DNA of 64,000 nucleotides from Neoconidiobolus thromboides FSU 785 (Eukaryota; Fungi; Entomophthoromycota): NCBI GenBank assembly GCA_025603075.1, contig MU626333.1, positions 29,239 to 93,238 of the forward strand, read 5' to 3'. Shown piece by piece: positions 63,370 to 64,000 of this stretch (position 1 is its first letter; each line of letters starts with the position of its first letter). The notes under the pieces were generated by a model. It saw only the letters and a program-made list of their open reading frames with translations, ran no database searches and was not told where the DNA came from. The position numbers and the translations under genes were made by a program.

Positions 63370-63466
63370 CGGGATGTTTTTTTTGATTTCATTATTTTTC
63401 CATTTTTTAAGCGCTATTTGAGTAGAAAGATTGTTAGTAAAATTTTAAACACAAAAAAATATCACC
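63370..63466 (+). mobile_element. MITE family A copy
   Basis: TSD ATAT/ATAT. Confidence 0.88.
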
Positions 63467-63470
63467 ATAT

Positions 63471-63665
63471 GAGGCTGTCCTAATTAGTTTCAGAATTTAC
63501 TTAGAAATTAGTCCAAATTTAAAAATTTTAAATTTGTCTAATGTGACGGTCAAATCTAAAAAGCCCAAAATTAAATCTCTCTACTTAAAACTTATTTTAA
63601 TTGTTTCCTTTTCTTAAATAGCTAATTTTTCTAACTATACGTTTTATGTTAGTTCTGTTAGATAT
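63471..63665 (+). mobile_element. Second copy of the left end of the Sola-like transposon
   Basis: GAGGCTGTCCTAATT... then aatgtgacggt.aaatctaaaaagcccaaaattaaatctct..., collinear with 18247-18435. Confidence 0.8.
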
Positions 63666-64000
63666 TGTGAAATCTGGTACTCAGGGTTTGGAGTCAAGAA
63701 CAGCTATTTCTGGGTTGACTACACTATAAGTCGAAAGGTCTTAGTTTATGTGACTAAGATAGACTTGGATTATGAGGAATAGCACGTAATAGGTTACAAG
63801 CTATATAAGACAAATAGAATAGACAATACTAATATAAAATCTACGTAAAATACTATTAAGAAAACTTAGTGGCTTTATTAAATGTTCGAGATATCAGGGA
63901 ATAATTCAGTTAAAAAGCCTCGAACTACTATACTCTGTAAACTCTTTTATACTCCGATAAGTATAAATATCAAAACGAGGGGAGAATATTCTTTGAGACG
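63666..64000 (-). mobile_element. LTR copy (runs off the window), inserted into the Sola-like left end
   Basis: Starts TGTGAAATCTGGTACTCAG like the copy at 959; near-identical reverse complement of the distal ~335 bp of the 33023-33487 copy. Confidence 0.8.

Noticed and set aside
455-63466. CRISPR-like or ncRNA interpretation of the recurring ~97-bp sequence
   Set aside because: Copies are dispersed, in both orientations, with TIRs and TSDs; no regular spacers; eukaryotic context.

Overview
Very AT-rich eukaryotic DNA with short GT-AG introns, almost certainly an early-diverging fungus. It carries a fungal DASH subunit together with BLOC1S1, gamma-SNAP and a full-length neurofibromin, plus F-box/LRR expansions. 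That combination resembles Entomophthoromycotina such as Conidiobolus, but this is an inference and the species is not verified. Three zones are visible. (i) 1-23.3 kb: two F-box/LRR genes, a secreted Thr/Ser-rich protein with KPTPTYT repeats, BLOC1S1 and RPR2 head-to-head, an aquaglyceroporin, tRNA-Trp, a decayed Sola-like DNA transposon and myotubularin. (ii) 24-42 kb: a gene-poor, repeat-rich island holding a tandem array of nine paralogues (7 intact, 2 pseudogenes) of a small, secreted, essentially Cys-free, cationic amphipathic protein with shared promoter motifs and mosaic recombination. This is the most interesting system in the window. (iii) 43-61 kb: densely packed conserved genes (ASNSD1-like, DAD1, NF1/IRA, two tubby/LURP-like ORFs, a small microexon gene, gamma-SNAP, a 7TM-like protein). 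About 22 copies of a ~97-bp MITE with 4-bp TSDs are scattered throughout, along with three copies of a ~460-bp LTR. All calls come from reading the sequence by eye; no searches were run.
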